Origin: Zootoca vivipara
Taxonomy: Eukaryota
Reading direction: 5' to 3'
DNA length: 64,000 nt
Assembly: GCF_963506605.1 (NCBI RefSeq)
Contig: NC_083288.1
Coordinates: forward strand, 42,284,001-42,348,000
In this document: piece by piece, positions 25,295 through 37,900 of the stretch
Layout: the number at the start of each line of letters is the position of its first letter
Position numbering within the stretch: position 1 is the stretch's first letter
Notes under the pieces: model-generated
What the model was told of the DNA's origin: nothing
The model's database searches: none
The model's input: the letters and a program-made list of their open reading frames with translations, nothing else
Program-made: the position numbers and the translations under genes

Positions 25295-28200
25295 GTAAGT
25301 GTGGTGTCAGCTCCCTTAAAAAAGGTCAACAACTCTGGGAAAGGGAGGGCGCCGGAGGGATTGCCGAATATGCTTAAGACGGCCCTGGGTGCCAATGCGG
25401 GGAGGGCGCTGCAAGAAGGGGGCTCTGCCGCCACCTAGGTGGAAAGTTCACCACTGCATCAGGACAATGGGGAACTGACTTGGAGCAGCCAGCCTCCTGA
25501 ACCATGGCTTGCCCCCCCCCCCGTTTTGATCCTGGGTACGCCCCTGAAGCATGGCTTGTTTCATCTGCCTTGTGAAGTCATTTATAAATGTAGCCACAGT
25601 TTAGAAAGTGCTGAACATTGACATATGGATCCTTTAAAACTGAAATATTTATACCTGCCATCCATAGATAGGTTTCTTTCTAATTTTGGTGAAAACCACT
25701 GTTGCACTTTATTCAGGCTTGTCAAGAATGACATACTTTCAATGGGTGACAAACACCAGAGTGGTTAAAACATGATTAATATTTCACTTTTTAAATATTT
25801 TTACTTATGAATTTTGAAAAATGAAAAAATTAACAACATGGTTAATGTTTCCCTTGCCCATTAAAGCATATGGGAGCTAGAAGAAACATTTTATTATCTT
25901 AATACAAATCTATTTTAAAAAATATTTTGTTTAAAGTTCAGCTGGTGTGGTTTGAGCCAATGTGTTTTTTGTGTAATCTGTATTATAGCATCCCACATCC
26001 TTGCCTTTGGCCTTTGTTTGCAGAGCCACAGTAGAAAGCCACTGCTCCATATCCAGCAGGTGATGGCAGCTAACTCTCCACTGAGCTATTCAATTGTGGG
26101 CTTAATATCAATATCAAAGGTGGAGAACTCAGATGCCCTGAAAAATGATTCTTAGTGACTGCCAGGGGGTTACCAAGGTACAGAGAGGGCTAAGGACTTC
26201 CTTGTTGATGACATTGTACAGAATATTTTAAACACCAAAGACCTTACTTTGTTCTTTAGTTCTATCTAGGAATACACCAACCAGAGGCTATAGGGATTAG
26301 GCTTTTGTTATGGGGCTGATGTAAAAGTTGATGTCACTTCATGTTTCTTCCTTGTCAAAGTATTCTCATAAATTTGGGATACAGGCACAGATGTGTGGCA
26401 GCCCAAGTATTCCAGATACTATCTAGGTTGGACTATTGGGTGTAATTTCTATTTACAGTACATTGTTATATGCCATACCAATCTCCAAGTAGTGAGAGAA
26501 TCAGGAGTTTGATTTTCTTTTAATGATGGTCGGAGACCTCAGAGTCTTGAGTATATATGACTTTATTTAAACATTTAAACATATGGCTATATTTAAAATA
26601 GTTCAGCAAGCTTCCCTTTCTGTGTGCTCCCCTCACTGATGCAGGAACCTAGGACTGGAAGGGGAACCAGGGTTTTATCCAGACAGATATTCCAAATTCA
26701 TAACAATATATTCAATACCATTAAAATCTATTTAGAATTCACTTCTTCAAGTTGTCAATTTATTTTTTCACCTTCAGTGAAACAAGAACCAGTATAGAGG
26801 CTGTGCATTTAGCTTATAATTCATAGCTTGTGCTACCTTTAATCCAATTTTTTAAAGGCTGAACACCGTACAATGAAAATATGTTTGTATGTTATGTTAA
26901 ACTGTTCACATTCACAAATGGCTGATGGTTACATCCTACCTGGTTAAACCAATGGTGCCATTTTATGGCTCCCTCATTGATGGTCAGCGCTTGCTGTGGA
27001 GGAGCCATGGAATTCACCCATCCTACCTTCACTCTCTGAAAGGATTGGTTGGAGGAAACAATCCAATTGGTAATGTCAAATCCAGCTAGTATCTCCCCAT
27101 TCTGGTCCAAGGAAATCTTATCCCCAGCACTGTTGTTAAATGAGATACCCCTCAGAAAATGATGGAGCTAGATTGAAAAGGAAAGTATAGAAAAAGCTTC
27201 AATATAGCAAGAGACAATCAAGATGTTCACTTTCATGGCAAGTTTCCAAATATACACCTTTCAGGAAAGCATTCTTTTAATATTTTTAAATATATATACA
27301 TAAGATTTAATCTAAGCCTTTCTCACATTTTGAATTTCATTTTAAATTACAGATTTCTAAGATCTCCAGTAGCAAATCCATACACAACCATAAAAATATT
27401 ATTAATAGAAAGTTTACTGTATTTTGTTTTCTAGGATATATCACTTTGCTCTCTATAGACTCTATATGCTATGGGATGTGAAATACAGTACTATTCCTTT
27501 TACATGCCAACTTCAGAGTTAAATGGGGAATCAGCCCCATGCTGAACTAAGAGGTTGGCATGAATAGGTTGAAGAAGGAATGGTGATAAAGGCAAAGTCT
27601 AGAAGTTGGCTAAATCATGCTTGGATGGAATTCGTTTTCTTTTATTCTCTTTCTGTATTTCTACTTTAAGTTGCAACAGTTTAAAAGAAGACATTTAAAG
27701 GGTTTTAAATTATAAGTAAAATGCGAAGAGATTAAAATATGTCAACACTAAACAAAAATAATTTAAGCAGGGGCCTAAATGAATGCAGTGAGGGTGTCTG
27801 TCTGATGTCAATAGGCAGGGAAGTCTAGTAGGCTGAATTTGAAGCTAGAAAAGCAAGTGGAGAAGTTCCCATTGGGCTTTATGTGCATTTCAAGAGAGAT
27901 GAAGCAACTATCTCATGGCCAAAGGGCTGTGAATAGAGGAAGTAGTTTGGGGGCACCTGCGGAAGATTTCAGGAGCATTGCTGCACCCACATTGGTGACC
28001 CCTGCTGTGGCTGCTTAGAAAAAATGACAGTTAACCTAACGGAAAGATAGAAAAGGCAAACAGAACATGTTTTGAACGTCTTTCAGGAAGGGTATTCAAC
28101 CCATTACCTGCCACAGCGGTTGATTCTGAAACTTCATTCCTCCATTGATAATTACCGGTCTGTGTTTCACTCGGGATATAGACATGGCATGTAAAGCATG

Positions 28201-30421
28201 GGCCACAGCATAGACAGCATTGTAGATGTTGTAACTGTGGCTGGTCATAGTCATTTCAAAGAAGGGACTAGGAAGATTCTCCAGCTTCTCTTGCCCAGTG
28301 CAAATATCCCCCTTCACACTGCCAACAACTTGATTTGGAAACACACAGCCAAATGCCTGTTGCCAGAAGTCCAAAATAAAGCCATCTCCTTTTGGGCTGG
28401 AAGGGGTTTTGCTCTGGACAAATTGATGAAATCCTGGTGGATCATTTGAGTGAGTTGTGAATGACAGAACCCCATGGAGTATTTCGGTATCCCAAGTCCG
28501 TTGAAAGACAAAAGAAGTGAGCTCCACCTGGGCTGTCATAATCCACACTTTACCTTTTGGCTTATTTGAACTTTGTTCCAGTTCTGATAGGTAAGGCAAC
28601 CATCGAAAAAATGCCAGAGCATATGATTCTCCATAAACCAAGACTACATTATTTTGTCATGTATTTTTGCCCCCAGTTTAAACATATCGTTAATTTCAGT
28701 GACATAAGTAAATTTGTAACTTCTTTCTATGAAGGCAAAACAGATGCCACTCTGGGAAAAAAGGGGAACCACAGTTTGCACAAATCTTTCTGCATTCTCA
28801 TCATAGAAGGTAAGGATCCCAATCCATATCCACCTGAAATGCAGAAGCAAAAACAGGATCCCCTTATACTGGCGGGTTTCCTTGGGTGCCATCTGGTAGA
28901 AGAAAAGGCCTGGGGTTTTATCATTCATCACTGGAGCAGGGCCATATATGACCTAAAAATAGTTGTTGTTAGGAGGAAAAAGAGACAGAAGCAACAATAA
29001 CTTTAACATATTAGATTTGTGTATTACAAGCATCACTGGGGCAATTTCCAATTGGGCCTTCCAATCCTTGCTATTTGGCCTGCCCATGATATTTCTGCTT
29101 AGCCAAGTGACACTTACCTGCCAATCAGCTGTTATCATATATATTGGGCATTGGGTAGGCCTGAAGGGACATTTGAAGCAATAATTTATGTGTTAACAAT
29201 ATTTTATTTATTTGCTTGGATCTATCATTAGAAGGACCCATTGGATTATTTGAAATCCGAATGTGTTACGTTCCCTTTACTTGACAGAGAGAGATATATC
29301 TCACCTGTGGAACCTTATAGATATCCAAGATTGTTGCCACATGGAGGGAAGTTTGGGGGTCCAGTCCTCCAATGACGGCTATCAAGTTTTTCTTGATGTC
29401 ACAGATGTAGTTGGGGACAAATGTTTTCAGAGTGGATAGGAGTAACATTGTGGCATGAGAGGTCCATTTGGCATTGAAATAACTGTCATAGATGCAGAAG
29501 CCTAAAGTGACATTGGGTAACAGCTGAGGGTTTTCGTTGATCTCCTTCACTGCAAATTTCAAGGCCAGGATGTGCTGGTAATTCTTTGGCACCACACTAA
29601 AAAGAGTTTCATTTTCCATCAGAAGGGCACGTAACACTTTCTAAATTTATTACAACTCAAGTCTTCATCCTCATCAGTATTATTTATTATTGTGTTCATT
29701 TAATTATTACTATTTTTTTGTACATGCGGAAACTCTTGAACTGCAAATGACCTTCCTCCTTGCCTACAAGGTGGAAAAGGGATGAAGGGGAAAATTCTAT
29801 GAGAGGGGAGCACAGACCTTTCCTTATTTCATTCTCCTGAAGCCCTGAAGCAAAACTGACGCAGTTATTTCCACAATATTACATGTCTTTCTATGTTACC
29901 TGAATGTTTAATTCAGAGGGGAAAGTGGCAATGTTATCTTCAAACTAGTGGAGATCCTCTTGACCACATTTCTCCCACATCACATATCTTTTGACCCAAA
30001 CAGTAGTTCTGCCTCTAGGACAAGGGTGCAGAACTGTGCCCCTCCAGATGTTGCTGTCCAACAATATCCATTCTTATTGATGAAACTGATGGAGTTGAAC
30101 AACCACTGCAGGGCCACAGTTTAGCCACCCCTCCTCTAAAATTGATCACTCCAGTGTCCAAATAAGGAATCAAAATGCAGAAGTGAAATTATCCAGATCT
30201 TACCTTAGTTCTTCCAGCAATGTTGGTGGGGGTTTTTCGGTGAAAGCTATTGAAATGGAGATGATGATGCTGTGAGAGGCTATGCCTCCAATGATGAGGT
30301 CTCCTTCCTGATGATGTTGATGAAGTGGAGTGTATGGATCATGGACATGGCATTTAACAATGGGAGATTTGCCTGTTGTATGAGGAAGTCGAGTCAGCAG
30401 CAAGACCAATAATGCCACCAT

Positions 30422-30621
30422 CTTTGGTACAATTTTTCTCTATACACTAAGATTCCTCTAGCACTATTACAGCTTTTGAGACTGAAGTAGTCTAACCTAG
30501 TTGGCCTTTTAGTTTGCTGATAGGTCTGAAATCCTGACTATGAAAACTGGGGCAGAAATAGAGATGGCGGTGATGGATCCTTGCTGGTTTCTGACTCCAA
30601 CATTTGCTGTGATTACTGGAG

Positions 30622-30661
<40 letters not shown>

Positions 30662-31912
30662 CCTTCTCCAACCTTGTACCCCTCAGATGTTTTGGGCTAT
30701 GAGTCACCGCATTCAAAGCTGGCTACAGGTGGTGGGGTTGTGATCCAGAATAGTCCAAGGGCACCAGGCTTTTAAAGGCTAAATTATAGTAACTTTCACA
30801 GACTTTTGTTTTTTGTTTTGATAGTGTACTGCGCAAGTCCATGAGGTGATTTTAATTATAGTCCTTTTGATAATTAATGGGAAGATAGTCACTTGTATGT
30901 TTTTATTTCATCTAAGCTGCATGAGATTTTGATTTCAATGATAAGCAATGAGGAAAAAACCCCACTGGAAATACAACCCTTTGGTCTCAACAGAGGGATG
31001 AAATCAACTTGTTTGATCAAAACACTGGCCTCTTGAAATTCTGACATGGACAGAAGATACCTAGGGAGTTGAGGAGCTTTCCACTACATAGATTGCATTC
31101 AAAGTTCACATGAAAGAACAATGACATTAGTTGGTGTCCTTGTCTTGCCAAGGGATGAGAGAAAAGCACCAGCTTTTATGCTGGAGAAACTAAAATCAGA
31201 CAGGGGTAATGTCTCTGCCAAAATGGAAACACATTTCGAATTCGTTGGCAGGGCTCAATATTACCCCTTTTTGTTATTCTTGCGTCTCCCTTTCCTTATC
31301 ACATTTTGTGACTACGTTCCTTGCAAAAATGTAAAAAGATGTGCCAGGAAGTCGTTATTAAATTTCTCATTGTTTTTTTCTCATTGTTTATCATTGAAAT
31401 CAAAATCTCATGCAGCTTAGATGAAATAAAAACTTCTGTTAAGAAAGACACACAAGTGACTATCTTCCCATTAATTATCAAAAGAACTATAATTAATGTT
31501 CCCACTGGTCAAATCACCTCATGGACTTGCGCAGTACACTATCAAAACAAAAAACAAAAGTCCGTGAAAGTTACTGTAATTTAGTCTTTAAAAGCCTGGT
31601 GCCCTTGGACTATTCTGGATCACAACCCCACCACCTGTAGCCAGCTTTCAATGCGGTGAATCATAGCCCAAAACACCTGAGGGATACAAGGTGAAATATA
31701 TATATTACTTCCAGTAATCACAGCTATATGTCGGAGTCAGAAACCAGCAAGGATCCATCAGCACCATCCCTATTCCCCCCCCCCCAGTTTTCATAGTCTG
31801 GATTTCAGACCTATCAGCAGACTAAAAGGCCAACTAGGTTAGACTACTTCAGTCTCAAAAGCTGTAATAGTGCTAGAGGAATCTTAGCGTATCTGGAAAA
31901 ATTGTACCAAAG
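30422..31912. promoter_or_regulatory. Divergent (head-to-head) V2R-C/V2R-D upstream region with inverted arms and a ~410-bp spacer
   Basis: 30422..30960 is the reverse complement of about 31372..31912. Both are homologous to the gene B 5' flank (about 4735-5229). Confidence 0.7.
30624..30658. repeat. (AT)n microsatellite about 200 bp upstream of the V2R-C ATG
   Basis: About 17 units, against about 5 in D (31696-31705) and AATATATT in B. Confidence 0.95.
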
Positions 31913-34900
31913 ATGGTGGCATTGTTGGTCTTGCTGCTGACTCTACTTCCTCATGCAACATGCAAATCTCCCATTGTTAAATGCCATGTCCATGATCCAT
32001 ACATTCCACTTCATCAACATCATCAGGAGGGAGACCTCATCATTGGAGGCATAGTCTCTCACAGCATCATCATCTCCATTTCTATAGCCTTCACCGAAAA
32101 CCCCCCACCAACATTGCTGGAAGAACTAAAGTAAGAACTGGATAGTTTCACTTATGCATTTCGATTCCATCTTTGACACTGGAGTGATCAGTTTTAGAGG
32201 AAGGGTGGCTAAACTGTGGCCCTGCTGTGGTTGTTCAACTCCATCATTTCCATCAATAATAATGGATATTGTTGGACAGCAACATCTGGAGGGGCACAGT
32301 TCTGCACCCTTGTCCTAGAGGCAGAATTACTGTTTGGGTCGAAAGAGATGGGATGTGGGAGAAATGTGGTCAGGAGGATCTCCACTACTTTAAAGAAATT
32401 GTTTCCACTTTCCCCACTGAATTAAACATTCAGGTAACATAGAAAGACATGTAATATTGCTGCACAGTTAAGAACAGAACTGGGCCTCCCCTCCATTGTT
32501 GCGAGAGCCCACATTAGAATTATTTGTTTTTATTGTAAATTAATAACTGCCCCAGGTTCCCTATTAGCCAGGCAAGCCTTTTTAACTTGTTCCCATAGCA
32601 ACAAATGGTCTAAGGGCATGGAGTCTATTATTGCATGCTACTCCCTCCCAGAATTCGACACGCTGTCATCCTGGGACCAACATAAAATCCGGGCCTGGAT
32701 TCTTACAAGGGACGAGGCCATGGACCTGGCACGGTCCACCACTTTCCTAAAGTGAAAGTGGTAAGATCACTTGCCAACTACTTGATAGACCTGACGGAGC
32801 CCAATTTGAGAAGAGCGTTTACTATGGCCCGTTTCCATTCTATACCCATCGGCCTTCCTGCAGGGGATTTACTCTAAGACCCCTATTACTCAGTGCCTAT
32901 GCCCATGCACGATGAATGAAATAGAGGACTTCCTACATTTCTTTTTCTACTGCCCCATTTATGAGCCAATAAGATCTAAGCTCCTCCTCTTGATCCCGTC
33001 CACCATTACATCTAAGGAAGACTGTTTGAAATTACTTCTTGTGGACACAAATCCCCTAATTTCACGTGGGGTGGCAATCTTCATAGTTCAGGCTCTGAAA
33101 CTCCGGGCTACCCTGACAGTGTAGTGTGTCCTAGACCTGGACCTGTTTTAATTCTCTCTATTTCATTTTTAACTGAATGTGCCGAGCCTATTTTGGGCTA
33201 TTTTATGCTTTACATATATCTGCATATTAGTTTTTTGCTGCTGGCACCTAAATCTTTGCATTATGGTCGTAGAGTAATTTAAATGTTATTACACCAGCAA
33301 TATCACCTTGAATTATGCTTTGTTGCTTGTCTCTGGCATTTTGTATTGTTTTTATTTTGCTATGGCTGTATGCTAACGCAATAAAGGTTTGAGTTTGAGA
33401 CATGTAATATTCTGGAAATAACTGCATCAGTTTTGCTTCAGGGCTTCAAGAGAATGAAATAAGGAAAGGTCTGTGCTCCCTTCCCATAGAATTTTCCCCT
33501 TCATCCCTTTTCCACCTTGTAGGCAAGGAGGAGAGTCACTTGTAGTTCAAAAGCTTCCTCATGTACAAAAAAATATTAATAATTAAATGAACACAGTAAT
33601 AAATAATACTGGTGAGGATGAAGACTTGAATTGTAATAAATTTAGAAAGTGTTACGTGCCCATCTGATGGAAAATGAAACTCTTTTTAGTGTGGTGCCAA
33701 AGAATTACCAGCACATCCTGGCCATGCAATTTGCAGTGAAAGAGATCAACGAAAACCCTCAGCTCTTACCCAATGTCACTTTAGGCTTCCGCATCTATGA
33801 CAGTTATTTCAATGCCAAATGGACCTCTCATGCCACAATGTTACTCATATCCACTCTGAAAAGATTTGTCCCCAACTACATCTGTGACATCAAGAAAAAC
33901 TTGATAGCCGTCATTGGAGGACTGGACCCCCAAACTTCCCTTCATGTGGCAACAATCTTGGATATCTATAAGGTTCCACAGGTGAGATATATCTCTGTCA
34001 AGTAAAGGGAACTTAACACATTCGGATTTGGATAATTAAATGTGCACATTTCAAATAATCCGATGGGCCCTTCTAATGATAGATCCAAGCAAATAAATAA
34101 AATATTGTTAACACATAAGTTATTGCTTCAGGTGTCCCTTCAGGCCTACCAAATGCACGATATATATGATAACAGCTGATAGCAAGGATTGGAAGGCCCA
34201 ACTGGAAATTGCCCCAGTGATGCTTGTAATACACATACCTACCTGTAACTGATATATTAAAGTTATTGTTGCTTCTGTCTCTTTCCCCTCCTACCACAAC
34301 TATGGTTAGCTCATATATGGCCCTGCTCCAGTGATGAATGATAAAACCCCAGGCCTTTTCTTCTACCAGATGGTGCCCAAGGAAACCCGCCAGTATAAGG
34401 GGATCCTGTCTTTGCTTCTGCATTTCAGGTGGATATGGATTGGGATCCTTACTTTCTATGATGAGAATGCAGAAGGATTTGTGCAAACTGTGGTTCAACT
34501 TTTTTCCCAGAGTGGCATCTGTTTTGCCTTCATAGAAAGAAGTTACAAATTTACTTATGTCACTGAAATTAACGATATGTTTAAACTGGGGGCCAAAATA
34601 CATGACAAAATAAATGATAGCAAAGCCAATGTAGTCTTGTTTTATGGAGAATCATATGCTCTGGCATTTTTTAGATGGTTGCCTTACCTATCAGAACTGG
34701 AACAAAGTTCAAATAAACCAAAAGGTAAAGTGTGGATTATGACAGCCCAGGTGGAGCTCACTTCTTTTGTCTTTCAACGGACTTGGGATACCGAAATACT
34801 CCATGGGGTTCTGTCATTCACAACTCACTCGAATGATCCACCAGGATTTCGTCAATTTGTCCAGAGCAAAACCCCTTCCAACCCAAAAGGAGATGGCTTC

Positions 34901-37900
34901 ATTTTGGACTTCTGGCAACAGGCATTTGGCTGTGTGTTTCCAAATGAAGTTGTTGGCAGTGTGAGAGGAGATATTTGCACTGGGCAAGAGAAGCTGGAAT
35001 ATCTTCCTGGTCCTTTCTTTGAAATGAGAATGACCAGCCACAGCTATAACATCTACAATGCTTTCTATGCTGTGGCCCATGCTTTACATGCCATGTCTAT
35101 ATCCCGAGTGAAACACAGACCGGTAATGATCAATGGAGGAATGAACTTTCAGAATCAACCGCTGTGGCAGGTAATGGGTTGAACACCCTTCCTGAAAGAC
35201 GTTCAAACATGTTCTGTTTGCTTTTTCTATCTTTCCGTTAGGTTAACTGTCAATTTTCCTAAGCAACCACAGCAGGGGTCACCAATGTGGGTGCAGCAAT
35301 GCTCCTGAAATCTTCTGCAGGTGCCCCCAAACTACTTCCTCTATTCACAGCCCTTTGGCCATGAGATAGTTGCTTTATCTCTCTTGAAATGCACATAAAG
35401 CCAAATGGGAACTTCTCCACTTGCTTTTCTAGCTTCAGATTCAGCCTACTAACCTTCCCTGCCTATTGACATCAGACAGACACACTCACTGTCTTCATTT
35501 AGGCACCTGCTTAAAATATTTTTGTTTAGGCACATGAGTGTTGACATATTTTAATCTCTTCGCATTTTACTTCTAATTTTAAACCTTTTAAATGTCTTCT
35601 TTTCAACTGTTTGAACTTAAAGTAGAAATAAAGAGAGAGAATAAAAGAAGATGAATTCTATCCAAGCATGATTTAGCCAACTTCTAGACTTTGCCTTTAT
35701 CACCATTCCTTCTTCATCCTTCCTTCTCCATCCTCTTAGTTCAGCATGGGGCTGATTCCCCATTTTCCTCTGAAACCTGCCATGAAAGTGAACATCTTGA
35801 TTGTCTCTTGTTATATTGAAGCCTTTTCTATACTTTCTCTTTCCTTTTCAATCTAGCTTCATCATTTTCTGAGGGGTATCTCATTTAACAACAGTGCTGG
35901 GGATAAGATTTCCTTGGACCAGAATGGGGAGATACTAGCTGGATTTGATATTACCAATTGGATCGTTTCCTCAAACCAATCCTTTCAGAGGGTGAAGGTA
36001 GGAGGGGTGGATTCCCTGGCTCCTCCACAGCAAGCGTTGACCATTAATGAGGGAGCCATAAAATGGCACCATTGGTTTAACCAGGTAGGATGTCACCATC
36101 AGCCATTTGTGAATGTGAACAGTTTAACTTAACATAATATACAAACATATTTTCATTGTATGGTGTTCAGCTTTTAAAAAATTGGATTAAAGGTAGCACA
36201 AGCTATGAATTATAAGCTAAATGCACAGCCTCTATACTGGTTCTTGTTTCACTGAAGGTGAAAAAATAAATTGACAACTTGAAGAAGTGAATTCTAAATA
36301 GATTTTAATGGTATTGAATATATTGTTATGAATTTGGAATATCAGTCTGGATAAAACCCTGGTCCCCCTTCCAGTCCTGGTTCCGGCATCACTGAGGGGA
36401 GAACACAGAAACGGAAGCTTGCTGAACTATTTTAAATATAGCCATATGTTTAAATGTTTAAATAAAGTCATATATACTCAAGACTTTGAGGTCTCCGACC
36501 ATCATTAAAAAAAAATCAAACTCCTGATTCTCTCACTACTTGGAGATTGGTGCGGCATATAACAATGTACTGTAAATAGAAATTACACCCAATAGTCCAA
36601 CCTAGATAGTATCTGGAATACTTGGGCTGCCACACACCTGTGCCTATATCCCAAATTTATGAGAATACTCTAACAAGGAAGAAACATGAAGTGACATCAA
36701 CTTTTACATAAGCCGCATAACAAAAGCCTAATCCCTATAGCCTCTGGTTGGTGTATTCCTAGATAGAACTAAAGAGCAAAGTAAGGTCTTTGGTGTTTAA
36801 AATATTCTGTACAATATCAACAACAAGGAAGTCCTTAGCCCTCTCTGTACCCTGGTAACCCCCTGGCAGTCACTAAGAATCATATTCCAGGGCATCTGAA
36901 TGCTCCACCTTCGATACGGATATTAAGCCCAGAATTGAATAGCTAAGTGGACAGTTATCTGCCATCACCTGCTGGATATAGAGCAGTGGCTCTCTACTGT
37001 GGCTCTGCAAAAAAAGGCCCAAGGCAAGGATGTGGGATGCTATAATACAGACTACACAAAAAAACACATTGGATCAAACCACACAGGCTGAACTTTAAAC
37101 ATTTTTTTTAAAAAAAATAGATTTGTATTAAGATAAACAATAAAATGTTTCTTCTAGCTCCCATATGCTTTAATGGGCAAGGGAAACATTAATCATGTTG
37201 TTCAATTTTTCATTTTTCAAAATTCATAAGTAAAAATATTTAAAAAGTGAAATATTAATCATGTTTTAACCACTCTGGTGTTTGTCAACCATTGAAAGTA
37301 TGTCATTCTTGACTAGCCTTAATAAAGTGCATCAGTGGTTTTCACCAAAATTAGAAAGAAACCTATCTATGGATGGCAGGTATAAATATTTCAGTTTTTA
37401 AAAAGGATCCATATGTCAATGTTCAGCACTTTCTAAACTGTGGCTCCTTTTATAAATGACTTCACAAGGCAGATGAAACATGCCATGTTTCAAATTTTAG
37501 AATAGCAGGTGTATAACCTTGAGGCTTAATCATTAAGGGACACCGCCACAACCCCTTAATGTCACTCTAGCAGAAAGAGGTGTGCATCCCTAGGCTGAGC
37601 CCTGACATTACAGGATATTTAAAATATTACTATCCATAACAGAAACAGCAAAAACAATTTATTACAGTTTGCGCATTTAGTAAATGGGAAATGTCAGAAA
37701 ATGAGTCAAAATGGAAATGAAACAACCTATTAAGTGGATTGCTGAAATGAATGCTGTACTTTTGCAGATTCCTTTTAATGAAGAGCTCAACTTTGAGTGG
37801 ACTTTGACTCCAATTTTTTTTATATACATCTCTCTCTTTCATTTGTGCATTAGACACAGCCTAACTCTGTATGTACTGAGAGCTGCCGCCCTGGTTTTTT

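Larger units (their letters stand above)
21312..25546. mobile_element. 4.2-kb non-autonomous hAT transposon with composite cargo (intron 4 of V2R-C)
   Basis: TIRs CTAGGGCGTACCCAG / CTGGGTACGCCCCTG (13/15 match) and TSD AAGCATGG (21304..21311, 25547..25554). The empty site is in gene D intron 4 at about 37470-37500. No transposase ORF. Confidence 0.85.
19322..30421 (-). pseudogene. Vomeronasal type-2 receptor pseudogene, gene C (16-bp frameshifting deletion in exon 3)
   Basis: Exons on the minus strand: 30204..30421, 29305..29596, 28108..28952, 26940..27167, 20816..20942, 19322..20220. Exon 3 is 845 bp against 861 bp in B and D. It reads ATGACAAAAT-AATGTAGTCT where D reads ATGACAAAATAAATGATAGCAAAGCCAATGTAGTCT, giving an immediate TAG at 28644..28646. 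The other exons and splice sites appear intact. Confidence 0.92.

Noticed and set aside
31901-31915. Loss of the first ATG (ATG to ATT) in C and D relative to B
   Set aside because: An in-frame ATG four codons later keeps the signal peptide, so the change is not disabling.
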